From Candidatus Dormiibacterota bacterium (GTDB lineage: Bacteria; Chloroflexota; Dormibacteria; Aeolococcales; Aeolococcaceae), in contig CAWGML010000002.1 of NCBI GenBank assembly GCA_963823765.1, forward strand, positions 1,404,709-1,468,708: a stretch of 64,000 nt of DNA, read 5' to 3'. Positions 31,415 through 41,034 of this stretch are shown here, one piece after another. The notes beneath the pieces were generated by a model. It was given only the letters and a program-made list of their open reading frames with translations. It did not search any database and was not told the DNA's origin. The translations under genes and the position numbers were made by a program. The stretch's first letter is position 1, and the number at the start of each line of letters is the position of its first letter.

Positions 31415-32479
31415 GTGAGCGTTCCCGAGGCGCCGTCGCGCCTGCGGCGGCAACGCAGGTCACGGCCACGGCGCAGGCTCCGCATGCTGGCGGTCGCCGG
31501 CGTGCTGCTCGGCTTCGTTGTGAGTGGCGCCGCGGGCGCCGCGCTCTACTTCTCGCCTGCGATCGCGGCGGCATTCCAGGACTTCGGCCACAAGATCCCC
31601 CCGGCCGGGTCGACCGCCAGCCCCACGCCCGCCGCCTCCTCGGGCTCCCCGAGCGCGGCCGCGACCAGCGCACCGGCAGCGGTGGGCGGGAGTGGGCGCG
31701 CCTTCACGGTGCTGCTGCTCGGCTCGGACAACGACGCCAAGTTCAGCAGCGACGCGGTGCTCACCCAGTCGATGATCCTCGCCAGGGTGGACCCCGTGAC
31801 GCGCCACGTCACCATGCTCTCGATCCCGCGCGACCTCTACGTGCCGCTGTCCACCGGCGGCTCCGACAAGATCGACAAGGCGTACCTGCACGGCGGGGTC
31901 GATGCCGCGATCGCCACCGTGGAGCGCGATTTCAACGTCCACGTCGACCACTACGCGTGGATCGGCCTGCTCGGCCTGGTGCAGCTCATCGACAAGGTGG
32001 GTGGCGTCGACGTGGTGGCCGGCAACCCGGTGCTCGACGACTTCTATCCGAAGGACCTCGGCGGCAACAGCCCCTACCTCACCGAGCGGGTGGCGGTGCT
32101 CCCCGGCCCGCAGCACATGAGCGGCATGGAAGCGCTCCAGTACGTGCGCTCGCGGCACGACGACCTCCGCAGTGACTTCGGCCGCTCCGTACGGCAGCAG
32201 CAGGTCCTGCTCGCGTTGCGTGCCAAGGCCAAGTTGCTCGGCATCGCCGACATCCCGGACATCGCCGGCGCCATGAGTGGCCAGTTCACGACCGACATGT
32301 CAGTGAGCCAGGTCGGAGACCTCCTCCCGATAGCCGGCAACGTGTCGCTCGGCAACGTGCAGCAGGTGGTGCTGCTGCCGCCCTACACCGGGTCCCAGAC
32401 CATCGGAGCGCAGGACGTGGTGGTGCCCAATTGGGGCCTGATCCTCCCGCTCGTGCACAAGTATTTCCCGAGCACGTGA
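31415..32479 (+). CDS. LCP (LytR-CpsA-Psr) family glycopolymer transferase
   Basis: TM followed by VLLLGSD, LSIPRD, YVRSRH and DFGRSVRQQ. Confidence 0.9.
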   Translation: MSVPEAPSRLRRQRRSRPRRRLRMLAVAGVLLGFVVSGAAGAALYFSPAIAAAFQDFGHKIPPAGSTASPTPAASSGSPSAAATSAPAAVGGSGRAFTVLLLGSDNDAKFSSDAVLTQSMILARVDPVTRHVTMLSIPRDLYVPLSTGGSDKIDKAYLHGGVDAAIATVERDFNVHVDHYAWIGLLGLVQLIDKVGGVDVVAGNPVLDDFYPKDLGGNSPYLTERVAVLPGPQHMSGMEALQYVRSRHDDLRSDFGRSVRQQQVLLALRAKAKLLGIADIPDIAGAMSGQFTTDMSVSQVGDLLPIAGNVSLGNVQQVVLLPPYTGSQTIGAQDVVVPNWGLILPLVHKYFPST

Positions 32480-33510
32480 GGCGGCTGCGGGTCGGCGTCG
32501 TCCTCATGGTGCTGTGGGTGGCCTTCGGGTTCGGTGTCAATCGTTTCCTCGACGCCCGCAAGTCCGTGCTGATCACCCATCCCGCGGCGGTCGCCCCCAC
32601 CGAGGAGACTCCGGCGTTCAGCCTCCCGGGCACCATCTACGTGGCCCAGGCGGGACACCTGTACCGCTTCCATGCCGGGCGTTTCGTCGACATGCGGCTG
32701 CCCGCGGCGGACGGCTCGTGGATGCAGCCGTCCGTGGCCTCCGCAGGCACCCTCCTCGTGGTGGCTCGTGCCAGTGAGTTCAGCGACATCTACCTGGTCG
32801 ATGCCGCCACCGGCGCGGTCCTCAAGAAGCTGACGTCGAACGCCACCCGCACACCGCACGTCGAGCTCAACGCGTGGTCCTTCTGGCCGCACCTCGCAGC
32901 CGATGGGACGACGGTGACCTTCAGCTACGACGGCCCCAAGACCGGGCTCACGTACGAGGTGCACCTGGCGGTCTGGTCGGGACCGATCGCCGGCAAGCTG
33001 GAGTCGAGGCAATGGACCAACCCCGAGCTCTACACCGGCGGCGACGTGTCACCGATGCCCCTCCCCGGTGGAGGGGTCGTGTACGCCAAGTACTTCCTGG
33101 ACGAGAAGGCGCAGATCGTCTCACGCGTCGCCACGGTCGCCAGGCCGGGCGCCGATCCCGTGTACCTCACCGCCGCCGCCGACGACTGCGGGGAGCCGGC
33201 GGTCAGCCCCGACGGCACCCGGCTCGCGGTCATCTGCACCTCCGACACGCAGACGGCAAAGCTGGAGGTCCTCCCGCTGACGAAGGGCGCGGCCGGCACC
33301 CCTCGGGTGTTGGTCAACGCATGTCTGTGCGCCTCTCCCGCGTGGTCCCCTGACGGCACCGGCCTGCTCTACCTCGCGCCCGCCGACCCCACCGGTCACT
33401 TCCAGCTCTGGTGGCTGAACCATGCTGACACGTCCACCCCGGCGCCGGCCAAGCAGGTGACCGCCCACCTGGACTTCGACGCCACCTCCGCGCCCGCGTG
33501 GGCACCGTGA
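32476..33510 (+). CDS. Membrane-anchored TolB-like (PD40) beta-propeller protein
   Basis: N-terminal TM; PAVSPDG, PAWSPDG and terminal PAWAP; GTGA overlap with the LCP gene. Confidence 0.7.
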   Translation: MRRLRVGVVLMVLWVAFGFGVNRFLDARKSVLITHPAAVAPTEETPAFSLPGTIYVAQAGHLYRFHAGRFVDMRLPAADGSWMQPSVASAGTLLVVARASEFSDIYLVDAATGAVLKKLTSNATRTPHVELNAWSFWPHLAADGTTVTFSYDGPKTGLTYEVHLAVWSGPIAGKLESRQWTNPELYTGGDVSPMPLPGGGVVYAKYFLDEKAQIVSRVATVARPGADPVYLTAAADDCGEPAVSPDGTRLAVICTSDTQTAKLEVLPLTKGAAGTPRVLVNACLCASPAWSPDGTGLLYLAPADPTGHFQLWWLNHADTSTPAPAKQVTAHLDFDATSAPAWAP

Positions 33511-33529
33511 CGGCGGCAGCCTCGGGGCC

Positions 33530-34561
33530 TCAGAAGAAGAGCCCGGCCAGCTCGTAGAGCTCGGCGGGAACGCGCCGCTGCTCGGCCACGACATCGCTGA
33601 TCGCGGCGATCTCGACCGCGCCACCGCGCACCACCGGCATCATCCCCCAGCGTCGCTCCGCCACCAGCGCGTACGCCGCGACCCCCACCCGGGTGGCCCA
33701 GACCCGGTCGTACGCCGTCGGAGAGCCGCCACGCTGGGTGTGGCCGAGGACAGTGGTGCGGGTCTCGTGGCCCGTGCGGGCCTCGATCATCAGCGCAAGG
33801 CTCTCGCCAACTCCGCGCTTGCTCAGCTGCGCGTGTCCGAAGGCGTCAAGAGCGGCGGTGGCGTCGGTGCTCGTCACCCCATCCATCTGCACACCCTCGG
33901 CGACCACGATGATGGAGAAGTCGCTTCCCTGCGCGCGGCGGCGATCGAGGTGCGCCACCACCTCGTCCAGGGTGAGCGGGAACTCCGGGATGATGATCAG
34001 GTCGGCACCACCGGCAAGGCCTCCGATCACCGCCACCCAGCCGGTGTCGCGGCCCATCACCTCGACCACCATGACGCGGTGATGTGACGCGGCGGTGCTG
34101 TGCAGGCGGTCGAGCGCCTCGGTGACGATGCTCACCGCGCTGTCGAAGCCGATGCAGTAGTCCGTGGCGCTGAGGTCGTTGTCCATCGTCTTGGGGACGC
34201 CGACGACGGGTGCCCCCTGTTGAGCCAGCCAGGCGGCGACGCTCAGCGTGTCGTCGCCGCCGATGGCGACGAGCGCATCGAGGCGGGCGGCACGCAGGTT
34301 GCGCAGGCATTCATCGAGACCGCCCTCGCGCTTCATGGGGTTGACCCGCGAGCTGCCCAGGATCGTCCCGCCCAGCTGCAGGATCCCCGAGAAATCCGAG
34401 CGACCCATCTCGACGTGATCACCCTCCCCGGTGAGCCCGGCCCAGCCGTTGCGCACGCCCACGACCGTGTCCCCCGCGGCCAGGGCGGACCGCGCCACCG
34501 CGCGGATCGCGGCGTTCAGGCCGGCGGCATCGCCGCCCCCGGTGAGGATCCCGAGACGCAC
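33530..34561 (-). CDS. pfkA: Phosphofructokinase, short type with PPi-dependent signature
   Basis: GILTGGGD, GGTILGSSR, GGDDT, PKTMDND, EVMGR and LGHTQRGG. Confidence 0.9.
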   Translation of the reverse strand: MRLGILTGGGDAAGLNAAIRAVARSALAAGDTVVGVRNGWAGLTGEGDHVEMGRSDFSGILQLGGTILGSSRVNPMKREGGLDECLRNLRAARLDALVAIGGDDTLSVAAWLAQQGAPVVGVPKTMDNDLSATDYCIGFDSAVSIVTEALDRLHSTAASHHRVMVVEVMGRDTGWVAVIGGLAGGADLIIIPEFPLTLDEVVAHLDRRRAQGSDFSIIVVAEGVQMDGVTSTDATAALDAFGHAQLSKRGVGESLALMIEARTGHETRTTVLGHTQRGGSPTAYDRVWATRVGVAAYALVAERRWGMMPVVRGGAVEIAAISDVVAEQRRVPAELYELAGLFF

Positions 34562-34573
34562 CTCAGTGGCCTG

Positions 34574-36052
34574 TCAGCTGCCCACGCCAGGCTGGCCGAG
34601 GAAGGCGTTCTCCTCGTCCTGGCCGAGGATGACCACCACGCCACCGCTGCCAGGGGTCGGCGCGGCGGTGGCGGCAGCCGCCGTCCCGGTGGCTGCGGGC
34701 ACGGGGGTCGGTGGTGTGGTGACGGTCACTCCAAAGAATCTGGCGTACCACGCGGCCGCGGCGGCGTCCTTGCCGCCGCTCTCATCGATGACCCGGGTGG
34801 TCACCGAGCGGCGCACCACCCCCCCGTCCGAGACCGGCAGGGAGAGGAACTTGAACAGCTGCGTCCAGCGCGCGGAGGCATTGAGGCCGCGGCCGCTGGC
34901 ATCCTCGATGGTGACCGGCGCGCGCTGGGCGAGCACAGCAGGGTCGACGAAGATGTTCTGCACGTAGTGCGCGATCTCCCGGTACGTCCGGTCATGCGCG
35001 TAGATGTACGCGGCGCCGCAGTTGGCCGGGTACCCACACTCGTACAGGAAGTTGGTGTCGTCGAAGCTGACGTGGAGGATGGACTTGGTGTCGACGTCCT
35101 TCAGAAGGGAGTAGAGCGCCTCGAGGTCGTTGACGTGGAGGTCGGTGACGATGTTGTCGCCGAGGCTGTTGAGAAGATCGGGCAGGTTGCCGAGCCCACC
35201 GAGGCTCACCACCTTCTGCTTGAGCGCGGCGACGACCAGTTGCTGGCGGCGACTGCGCGCGAAGTCGGTGCCCTCGTTGTTGTCCGTGGAGTGCCGTGAC
35301 CGTGAGAACTCCAGGGCCTGGGTGCCGTTCATGTGCTGCGGGCCGGCGTTGAAATGCACTGTGGTGAACCGGCAGTTCTCGTGGGGACCGCTGCTGCACT
35401 CGCCGGCGGGGTACTGGTAGTCCGTGAAGCTGTCGGGAACCACCACGTCGACACCCCCCACGGCATCCACCGACGACTTGAATGCTTGGAAGTCGACGCC
35501 CACCCAGTGGTCGATGTGGATGCCGAGAAGGTGCGCCATGGTGGCGTTGGCCACCGAGGCCCCGGCTGTCGGGTCGCCGGCCGGGACCGAGCCCTCGCCG
35601 GCCATCCCGTCCGCGTACGCCTGGTTGATGCGCTGCGAGGTCGTCTTGCCGGGGCCCAGCTCGATGGGGACGAACCAGTCTCGCGGGACGCTGATCTCGG
35701 CCACCGCGGGTGGGCCGCTCAGCTTCGGCTGGACGGAGATGATCATGATCGAGTCGGTCAGGAACGCCCCGTCGTGCCCGGGTCCTCCATACCCGTACAC
35801 CGCGAAGTTGATCCGGTGCAGGTCGACAGTGGCCTTGTTGATGGCGGAGCCGCCCTTGCCACCGATCAGGTCCCCGATGACCCCCAGCGGGTTCTGCCGC
35901 GTGATGTGGGCCAGTCCGAGGATGGTGCGGACGCCGAAGACGCCGGCCACCAAGACCACGGTGGCGGCGACCAACGCGATCACCCGCCTGGTGCTGAGCC
36001 AGCGAGGCGCCAGGTTGTAGCTGGAGCGGCGGCGCCGCGTCGAAGATGCCAT
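34574..36052 (-). CDS. LCP family protein with C-terminal LytR_C-like domain
   Basis: TM; LTDSIM, SVPRD, RINQAY, FSRSRH and DFARSRRQQ; C-terminal VVVILGQD. Confidence 0.88.
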   Translation of the reverse strand: MASSTRRRRSSYNLAPRWLSTRRVIALVAATVVLVAGVFGVRTILGLAHITRQNPLGVIGDLIGGKGGSAINKATVDLHRINFAVYGYGGPGHDGAFLTDSIMIISVQPKLSGPPAVAEISVPRDWFVPIELGPGKTTSQRINQAYADGMAGEGSVPAGDPTAGASVANATMAHLLGIHIDHWVGVDFQAFKSSVDAVGGVDVVVPDSFTDYQYPAGECSSGPHENCRFTTVHFNAGPQHMNGTQALEFSRSRHSTDNNEGTDFARSRRQQLVVAALKQKVVSLGGLGNLPDLLNSLGDNIVTDLHVNDLEALYSLLKDVDTKSILHVSFDDTNFLYECGYPANCGAAYIYAHDRTYREIAHYVQNIFVDPAVLAQRAPVTIEDASGRGLNASARWTQLFKFLSLPVSDGGVVRRSVTTRVIDESGGKDAAAAAWYARFFGVTVTTPPTPVPAATGTAAAATAAPTPGSGGVVVILGQDEENAFLGQPGVGS

Positions 36053-36246
36053 ATGTCCTTGTGTCCAGAGATGTCTGCGGCGCAGCCGTGTTGCATCGCT
36101 TCGCACGCCGGGGTGCGACCGGGCTCCCTAGTGAAACGTGAACTGGGACGTGGGGTAACGCCGGACCCTGGCTAGGGTAACGCACCGCACCGCGCCGCGC
36201 CTGGGCCGCGCCGGCGCGCGTGGTGCGGCGAACGTCTGTGCGCGGG

Positions 36247-37413
36247 TCAGTCGCGCAGCAGCGAGCGGGCGATGACCAGGCGCTGGATCTGGTTGGTTCC
36301 CTCGTAGATCTGGGTGATCTTCGCGTCGCGCATCATCCGCTCGACGGGGTACTCGCTGACGTACCCATAGCCCCCGAGCACCTGGACCGCGTCCGTGGTC
36401 ACCTTCATCGCCGCGTCGCTCGCCAGCAGCTTGGCCAGCGCCGCGAAGTGGGTGACCTGCGGCGAATGGTCGTCGATCAACTGCGAGGCGTGGTACACGA
36501 CGGCACGCGCCGCCGCAGTCTGCGCCTCCATGTCGGCGATCATGAACTGGATCGCCTGGAACTCCGCGATCGCCTTGCCGAACTGCTTTCGCTCTCTCGC
36601 GTAGCCCACCGCGTAATCGAGAGCGCCCTGGGCGATCCCCAGCGCCTGCGCCGCGACGCCCGGTCGGGATCGGTCGAGGACCCGCATCGCCAGCCCGAAG
36701 CCGCTGCCCTCCTCCCCGAGGAGGTTGGTTGCGGGGACCAGCACCTCGTCAAAGTGCAGCTCGGCGGTGTTGCTGCCGCGGATGCCGAGCTTGCCGTGGA
36801 TCGCGGTTGCGGTGAAGCCCTCGAGCTCGCGGGCGTTGTCGAGGACGAAGGCGCTGACCCCGCGCGATCCGGCCTTGGGGTCCGTCTTGGCGAAGACGAC
36901 GATGGTGTCGGCGACGCCCCCATCGGTGATCCAGATCTTGCTGCCCGTGATCACGTAGTCGTCGCCCTGCCTGGTCGCGCAAGTCTCCATGCCGGCGGGG
37001 TCGCTCCCGGCGGCAGGCTCGGAGAGCGCGTAGGCGGCCAGCTTCTTCCCGCTGGCGAGGTCGGGCAGGAAGCGGCGCTTCTGCTCGTCGCTGCCGCCCA
37101 GCATGATCGGGTACGCCCCGAGCGCTTGCACGGCGAGGATCAGCGCGCTCGTCGCGCACGCCTTGGCAATCTCCTCGATGGCCAGGTTGAGGGTCAGCGC
37201 GCTTCCTGACAAGCCACCGTACTCGGGTGGAAAGGGCAGCGCGAAGAGGTCGTGGGCGCGGAACATCTCGACGACGTCCCAGGGGAACTCGCCGGTGGCA
37301 TCGATCTCGCGGGCGCGCGGCGCAATCCGATCGCGGGCGAGCTCGCGGACGCTCTGCTGGATGAGCTGCTGCTCCTCGTTGAGGCGAACGTCCACGCCGT
37401 GCGTGCTCCCCAT
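36247..37413 (-). CDS. Acyl-CoA dehydrogenase (short/branched-chain type)
   Basis: YALSEP, GSKIWIT, RKQFG, VQVLGGYGY and IYEGTNQIQR. Start is uncertain (37395-37419). Confidence 0.92.
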   Translation of the reverse strand: MGSTHGVDVRLNEEQQLIQQSVRELARDRIAPRAREIDATGEFPWDVVEMFRAHDLFALPFPPEYGGLSGSALTLNLAIEEIAKACATSALILAVQALGAYPIMLGGSDEQKRRFLPDLASGKKLAAYALSEPAAGSDPAGMETCATRQGDDYVITGSKIWITDGGVADTIVVFAKTDPKAGSRGVSAFVLDNARELEGFTATAIHGKLGIRGSNTAELHFDEVLVPATNLLGEEGSGFGLAMRVLDRSRPGVAAQALGIAQGALDYAVGYARERKQFGKAIAEFQAIQFMIADMEAQTAAARAVVYHASQLIDDHSPQVTHFAALAKLLASDAAMKVTTDAVQVLGGYGYVSEYPVERMMRDAKITQIYEGTNQIQRLVIARSLLRD

Positions 37414-37490
37414 GACCATCGGCGGCCTTGCCGTCTGCGCTCGGGGATTATGCGCGGCGCAGCCGCGAGCCGGGTCGGCGCTGCGGATGC

Positions 37491-38603
37491 CTACGCCTCG
37501 AGCAGGTGCCGGGCGATGACCATGCGCTGCACCTGGTTGGTGCCCTCGTAGATCTGGCTTGCCTTGGAATCGCGCAGCCTGATCGCGGCAGGATGGTCGC
37601 CGTGCCCGGACTCCGGCGCGCACAGCTCCACCGCCGCTGCTGCCGCCGCCACGCAGGTGTCGGTGGCGTACAGCTTGGCGATCGACGCGTCGCGCGTCAT
37701 CGGTTGGCGCAGGTCGGCAAGTCGTGCCGCGTGGGCAGTGAGCAGGCGTGCGGCGGTCGTGCGCGCCTGGATGTCGGCGAGCAGCGTCTCGTCGACGTCG
37801 CCTCCGTGGCAGCGCGCGCTCGCGACCATGTCGTCGATGCAACCCTGGGCCAGCCCCACAGCCTGTGCGCTGATACCGACGCGGCCGCTGTCCAGCGCCG
37901 CCATCGCGATGCGGAAGCCCATGCCCTCGTCACCGAGACGGTCCTCCACGCCGACACGGACACCATCGAGCACCAGCTCGCCGGTCCACGACCCGGCAAG
38001 GCCCATCTTGTGCAGCGGGGCGCCCGTCCGCACACCGGGTGTGCCGGCACGGACGATGAACGCGCTGATGCCCCGCGGTCCCGCTGCGGTCCTGGCCATG
38101 ACCACGTAAACGCCCGCGGCGCCGCAGTTGGTGATGAACGCCTTGCTGCCGGTGAGCCTGTACCCGTCCCCGTCGTGCTCGGCGCGCGTCACGAGCCCGG
38201 CCGCGTCACTCCCGCTGCCCGGCTCGGTAAGGGCGAACGCGGCGGTGTCCCGCCCCGAGGCGATGCCGGGAAGGTGGCGTCGCAGTTGAGCTTCCTCACC
38301 GAACAGCAGCAGCGGCTCGCTGCCCACGCTGAGGTGCACGTCGAGGATCACAGCGCTGCTCGCACAGACCCGCGCCACCGCCTCCACGAATCGTGCGAAG
38401 TCGACGTGGCTGGCGCCGGCCCCGCCGTATGAGACGGGCAGGAGCAAGCCGGCCAGGCCGCGCTCGCCGGCAGCGCGCACCAGCGCATCGGGGCTCAGCC
38501 CCTCGCCGCGCGCCATCGCCGCCGCATTGGGCCGGATCACCTCCTCGACGAACCCGCCGGTGAGATCTGCGAGAGAGGCTGCGACCGGTGTCTCAGCCGA
38601 CAC
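37491..38603 (-). CDS. Acyl-CoA dehydrogenase, divergent C-terminal FAD-contact motifs
   Basis: FALTEPGSGSD, GSKAFITN and IYEGTNQ are present; RxQFG and QxxGGxG are absent. Confidence 0.85.
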   Translation of the reverse strand: MSAETPVAASLADLTGGFVEEVIRPNAAAMARGEGLSPDALVRAAGERGLAGLLLPVSYGGAGASHVDFARFVEAVARVCASSAVILDVHLSVGSEPLLLFGEEAQLRRHLPGIASGRDTAAFALTEPGSGSDAAGLVTRAEHDGDGYRLTGSKAFITNCGAAGVYVVMARTAAGPRGISAFIVRAGTPGVRTGAPLHKMGLAGSWTGELVLDGVRVGVEDRLGDEGMGFRIAMAALDSGRVGISAQAVGLAQGCIDDMVASARCHGGDVDETLLADIQARTTAARLLTAHAARLADLRQPMTRDASIAKLYATDTCVAAAAAAVELCAPESGHGDHPAAIRLRDSKASQIYEGTNQVQRMVIARHLLEA

Positions 38604-39765
38604 GGACCAGCGTCGCTTCACCCTGGGCCATGCCACTGCATATCCCGGCCGCCCCGTAGCCGCCTCCGCGTCGGCGCAGCTCGTACAGCAAGGTCATGAG
38701 GATGCGCGCTCCGCTGGCGCCGATCGGGTGGCCAACCGCGATCGCCCCGCCGTTGACGTTGACCCGGTCAGGATCCACCTCGAGCATGCGCGTGCTGGTG
38801 ATGGCCACCGCCGCGAATGCCTCGTTGATCTCGATGACGTCGAGACGGCCGGCATCGACCTCGCCCCCGGTGCGGGCCATCGCCTTTTCGACAGCCATGG
38901 CCGGAACTGTGGCGAGGTAGGGATGGTCAGCCGCCGACTCCGCGTAGGTGAGCCACCGTCCGAGGACCGCGAGCCCTGCCGCTCGCGCACGCTCCGCGGA
39001 CATCAGGAGGATCGCGCTGGCGCCATCGTTGATGCCGGGGGCGTTGCCCGCTGTGACCGTGCTGCCTTCACCGAAGGCACCGCGGAGCGAAGCGAGCTTC
39101 TCCAGCGTGGAATCCGGCCGCGGCTGCTCATCACGCTCCACGGAGACGCTGCCCACGGTCAGCGGCACGATCTCGTCGGCGAAACGCCCGTCGGCCAGGG
39201 CGGCGGCGTAGCGCTGCTGCGAGCACAGAGCCCATGCGTCCTGCTCCTCGCGGCTCACCCCGAGCTCGGCGGCGACCTCACTCCCGTGCACGCCCATGAG
39301 GACACCATCCGCCGGACAGCACAGGCCGTCGCGGTACACGCTGTCGACTGCCACGCGGTCGCCGAGCCGGGCCCCGAAGCGCTGATCCTCCAGGAGGTAC
39401 GGGGCCCGCGACATGCTCTCCATGCCTCCGGCGACGACGACCTCCGCCTCGCCGGACCCGATCAGCAGTGCGCCGAGGTTGACCGCCTTGAGAGCGCTGG
39501 CGCACACCTTGTTGACCGTGAACGACGAGACCGTGGCCGGGAGCCCCGCTTTGAGCCCCGCTTGGCGCGACGGCACCTGGCCCTGTCCGCCGCCGAGCAC
39601 GTTGCCCATGATCAACTGGTCCACCTCGGCTGCGTCGGTGCCGGTTCGCTCGAGCACCTCTCTGATCACCCGGGCACCCAGGTCGGTCGCCGCAACCGTG
39701 GCCAGCCCGCCACCGAGCTTGCCGAACGGCGTCCGCGCCGCTGCGACGATGACGACATCCCTCAT
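38593..39765 (-). CDS. Acetyl-CoA acyltransferase (thiolase)
   Basis: NKVCAS, GGMESMS, NEAFA, GHPIGASG and ICSG. Confidence 0.95.
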   Translation of the reverse strand: MRDVVIVAAARTPFGKLGGGLATVAATDLGARVIREVLERTGTDAAEVDQLIMGNVLGGGQGQVPSRQAGLKAGLPATVSSFTVNKVCASALKAVNLGALLIGSGEAEVVVAGGMESMSRAPYLLEDQRFGARLGDRVAVDSVYRDGLCCPADGVLMGVHGSEVAAELGVSREEQDAWALCSQQRYAAALADGRFADEIVPLTVGSVSVERDEQPRPDSTLEKLASLRGAFGEGSTVTAGNAPGINDGASAILLMSAERARAAGLAVLGRWLTYAESAADHPYLATVPAMAVEKAMARTGGEVDAGRLDVIEINEAFAAVAITSTRMLEVDPDRVNVNGGAIAVGHPIGASGARILMTLLYELRRRGGGYGAAGICSGMAQGEATLVRVG

Positions 39766-39803
39766 GCGAACCGATGCTACGCCGGGCGTCTCATCCGGGG
39801 TTC

Positions 39804-40964
39804 TCAGTCCGGCAACAGGTCCTCGAGCAGGTGGCGGGCGATGAGGATGCGCTGGACCTCACTGGTGCCCTCGCCGATCTCGTTCACCTTGACGTCGCGG
39901 TAGTACCGTGCCACCGGCGATTCCTCCATGAAGCCGTAGCCGCCGTGGATCTGGACCGCTTGGTTGGCGCACGCCGTGGCCACCTCCGATGCGTGCAGCT
40001 TGGCCATCGAAGCGTAGGGCGCCGCACTCTGGCCGGCATCGACAGCCGAGGCGGCGCGCCACGTCATGAGGCGCGACAGCTCGATCTGGGTGGCCATGTC
40101 GGCGAGCTTGAACTGCGTCGCCTGGAAGCGCGCGATCGGCTGACCGAACTGGCGCCGCTGGACGCTGTACGAGAGTGAGGCGTCGAGGCATGCCTGGGCG
40201 AGCCCGACGGACAGCGCCGCTATCGCCACCCGTCCGCCCTCGAGTATCTGCAGGAACTGGCGATAACCGCCGCCCTCGGTGCCGATCAGGTTGTGCTGCG
40301 GCACGTGGCAGTCCGCGAAGATCAGCTCCCGCGTGTCACTCGCGTGCCAGCCGAGCTTGCGGTACTTGGGCGCCTGCGTGTACCCCGGTGTGCCCTGCTC
40401 CACCGCGATGGCGCTGATCTGCGGCTCCCCGTCGGCGGTGCCTGTCACCGCCGTGATGGTCACCCCCGCGCTGATGTCGGTGCCCGCGTTGGTGATGAAC
40501 GTCTTGCCGCCGTCGATGACCCACTCGCCGTCGCTGCGTACGGCGCGCGTCTTGGTGCCGCCCGCGTCCGAGCCGGCCTCGGGCTCCGTGAGCCCGAAGG
40601 CCCACAGCTTGGTGCCGGCGAGCAGGTCCGGAAGCCAGCGCTCCTGCTGCTCTGGCGTCCCGAAGCTCACGATCGGGCTGATGCCGAGCGACACGGCGGC
40701 CTCGAGGGTGATGGCCACGGCGGCATCGGCCCGGGCGATCTCCTCGAGCGCCAGGCAGTAGCTGAGGAAGTCACCCCCGGCCCCGCCCACGTCCTGCGGG
40801 AAGGGAAGGGCGAAGAGTCCCAGCTCGGCCATTCCCGCGACGAGGTCGTACGGGAACTCGCCGAACTCGTCGTAGCCGGCGGCACGCGGCGCGATCTCGT
40901 CGCGGGCGAAAGCGCGAACTGTGTTGCGGATCTGCCGCTGCTCGTCGGTGAGCTCGAAGTTCAC
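39804..40964 (-). CDS. Acyl-CoA dehydrogenase
   Basis: FGLTEPEAGSD, KTFITN, RRQFG, QIHGGYG and IGEGTSE. Confidence 0.93.
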   Translation of the reverse strand: MNFELTDEQRQIRNTVRAFARDEIAPRAAGYDEFGEFPYDLVAGMAELGLFALPFPQDVGGAGGDFLSYCLALEEIARADAAVAITLEAAVSLGISPIVSFGTPEQQERWLPDLLAGTKLWAFGLTEPEAGSDAGGTKTRAVRSDGEWVIDGGKTFITNAGTDISAGVTITAVTGTADGEPQISAIAVEQGTPGYTQAPKYRKLGWHASDTRELIFADCHVPQHNLIGTEGGGYRQFLQILEGGRVAIAALSVGLAQACLDASLSYSVQRRQFGQPIARFQATQFKLADMATQIELSRLMTWRAASAVDAGQSAAPYASMAKLHASEVATACANQAVQIHGGYGFMEESPVARYYRDVKVNEIGEGTSEVQRILIARHLLEDLLPD

Positions 40965-41034
40965 GCGCCCAACGGTAGCGCGGTGACCATGAACCGCGCG
41001 GGCAGCTTTGCAGCGCTGTCGAGGCCCGCGTTCC

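Noticed and set aside
36181-36230. GC-rich imperfect hairpin after the ACAD gene as ncRNA
   Set aside because: At most a terminator-like stem; no recognisable RNA family.
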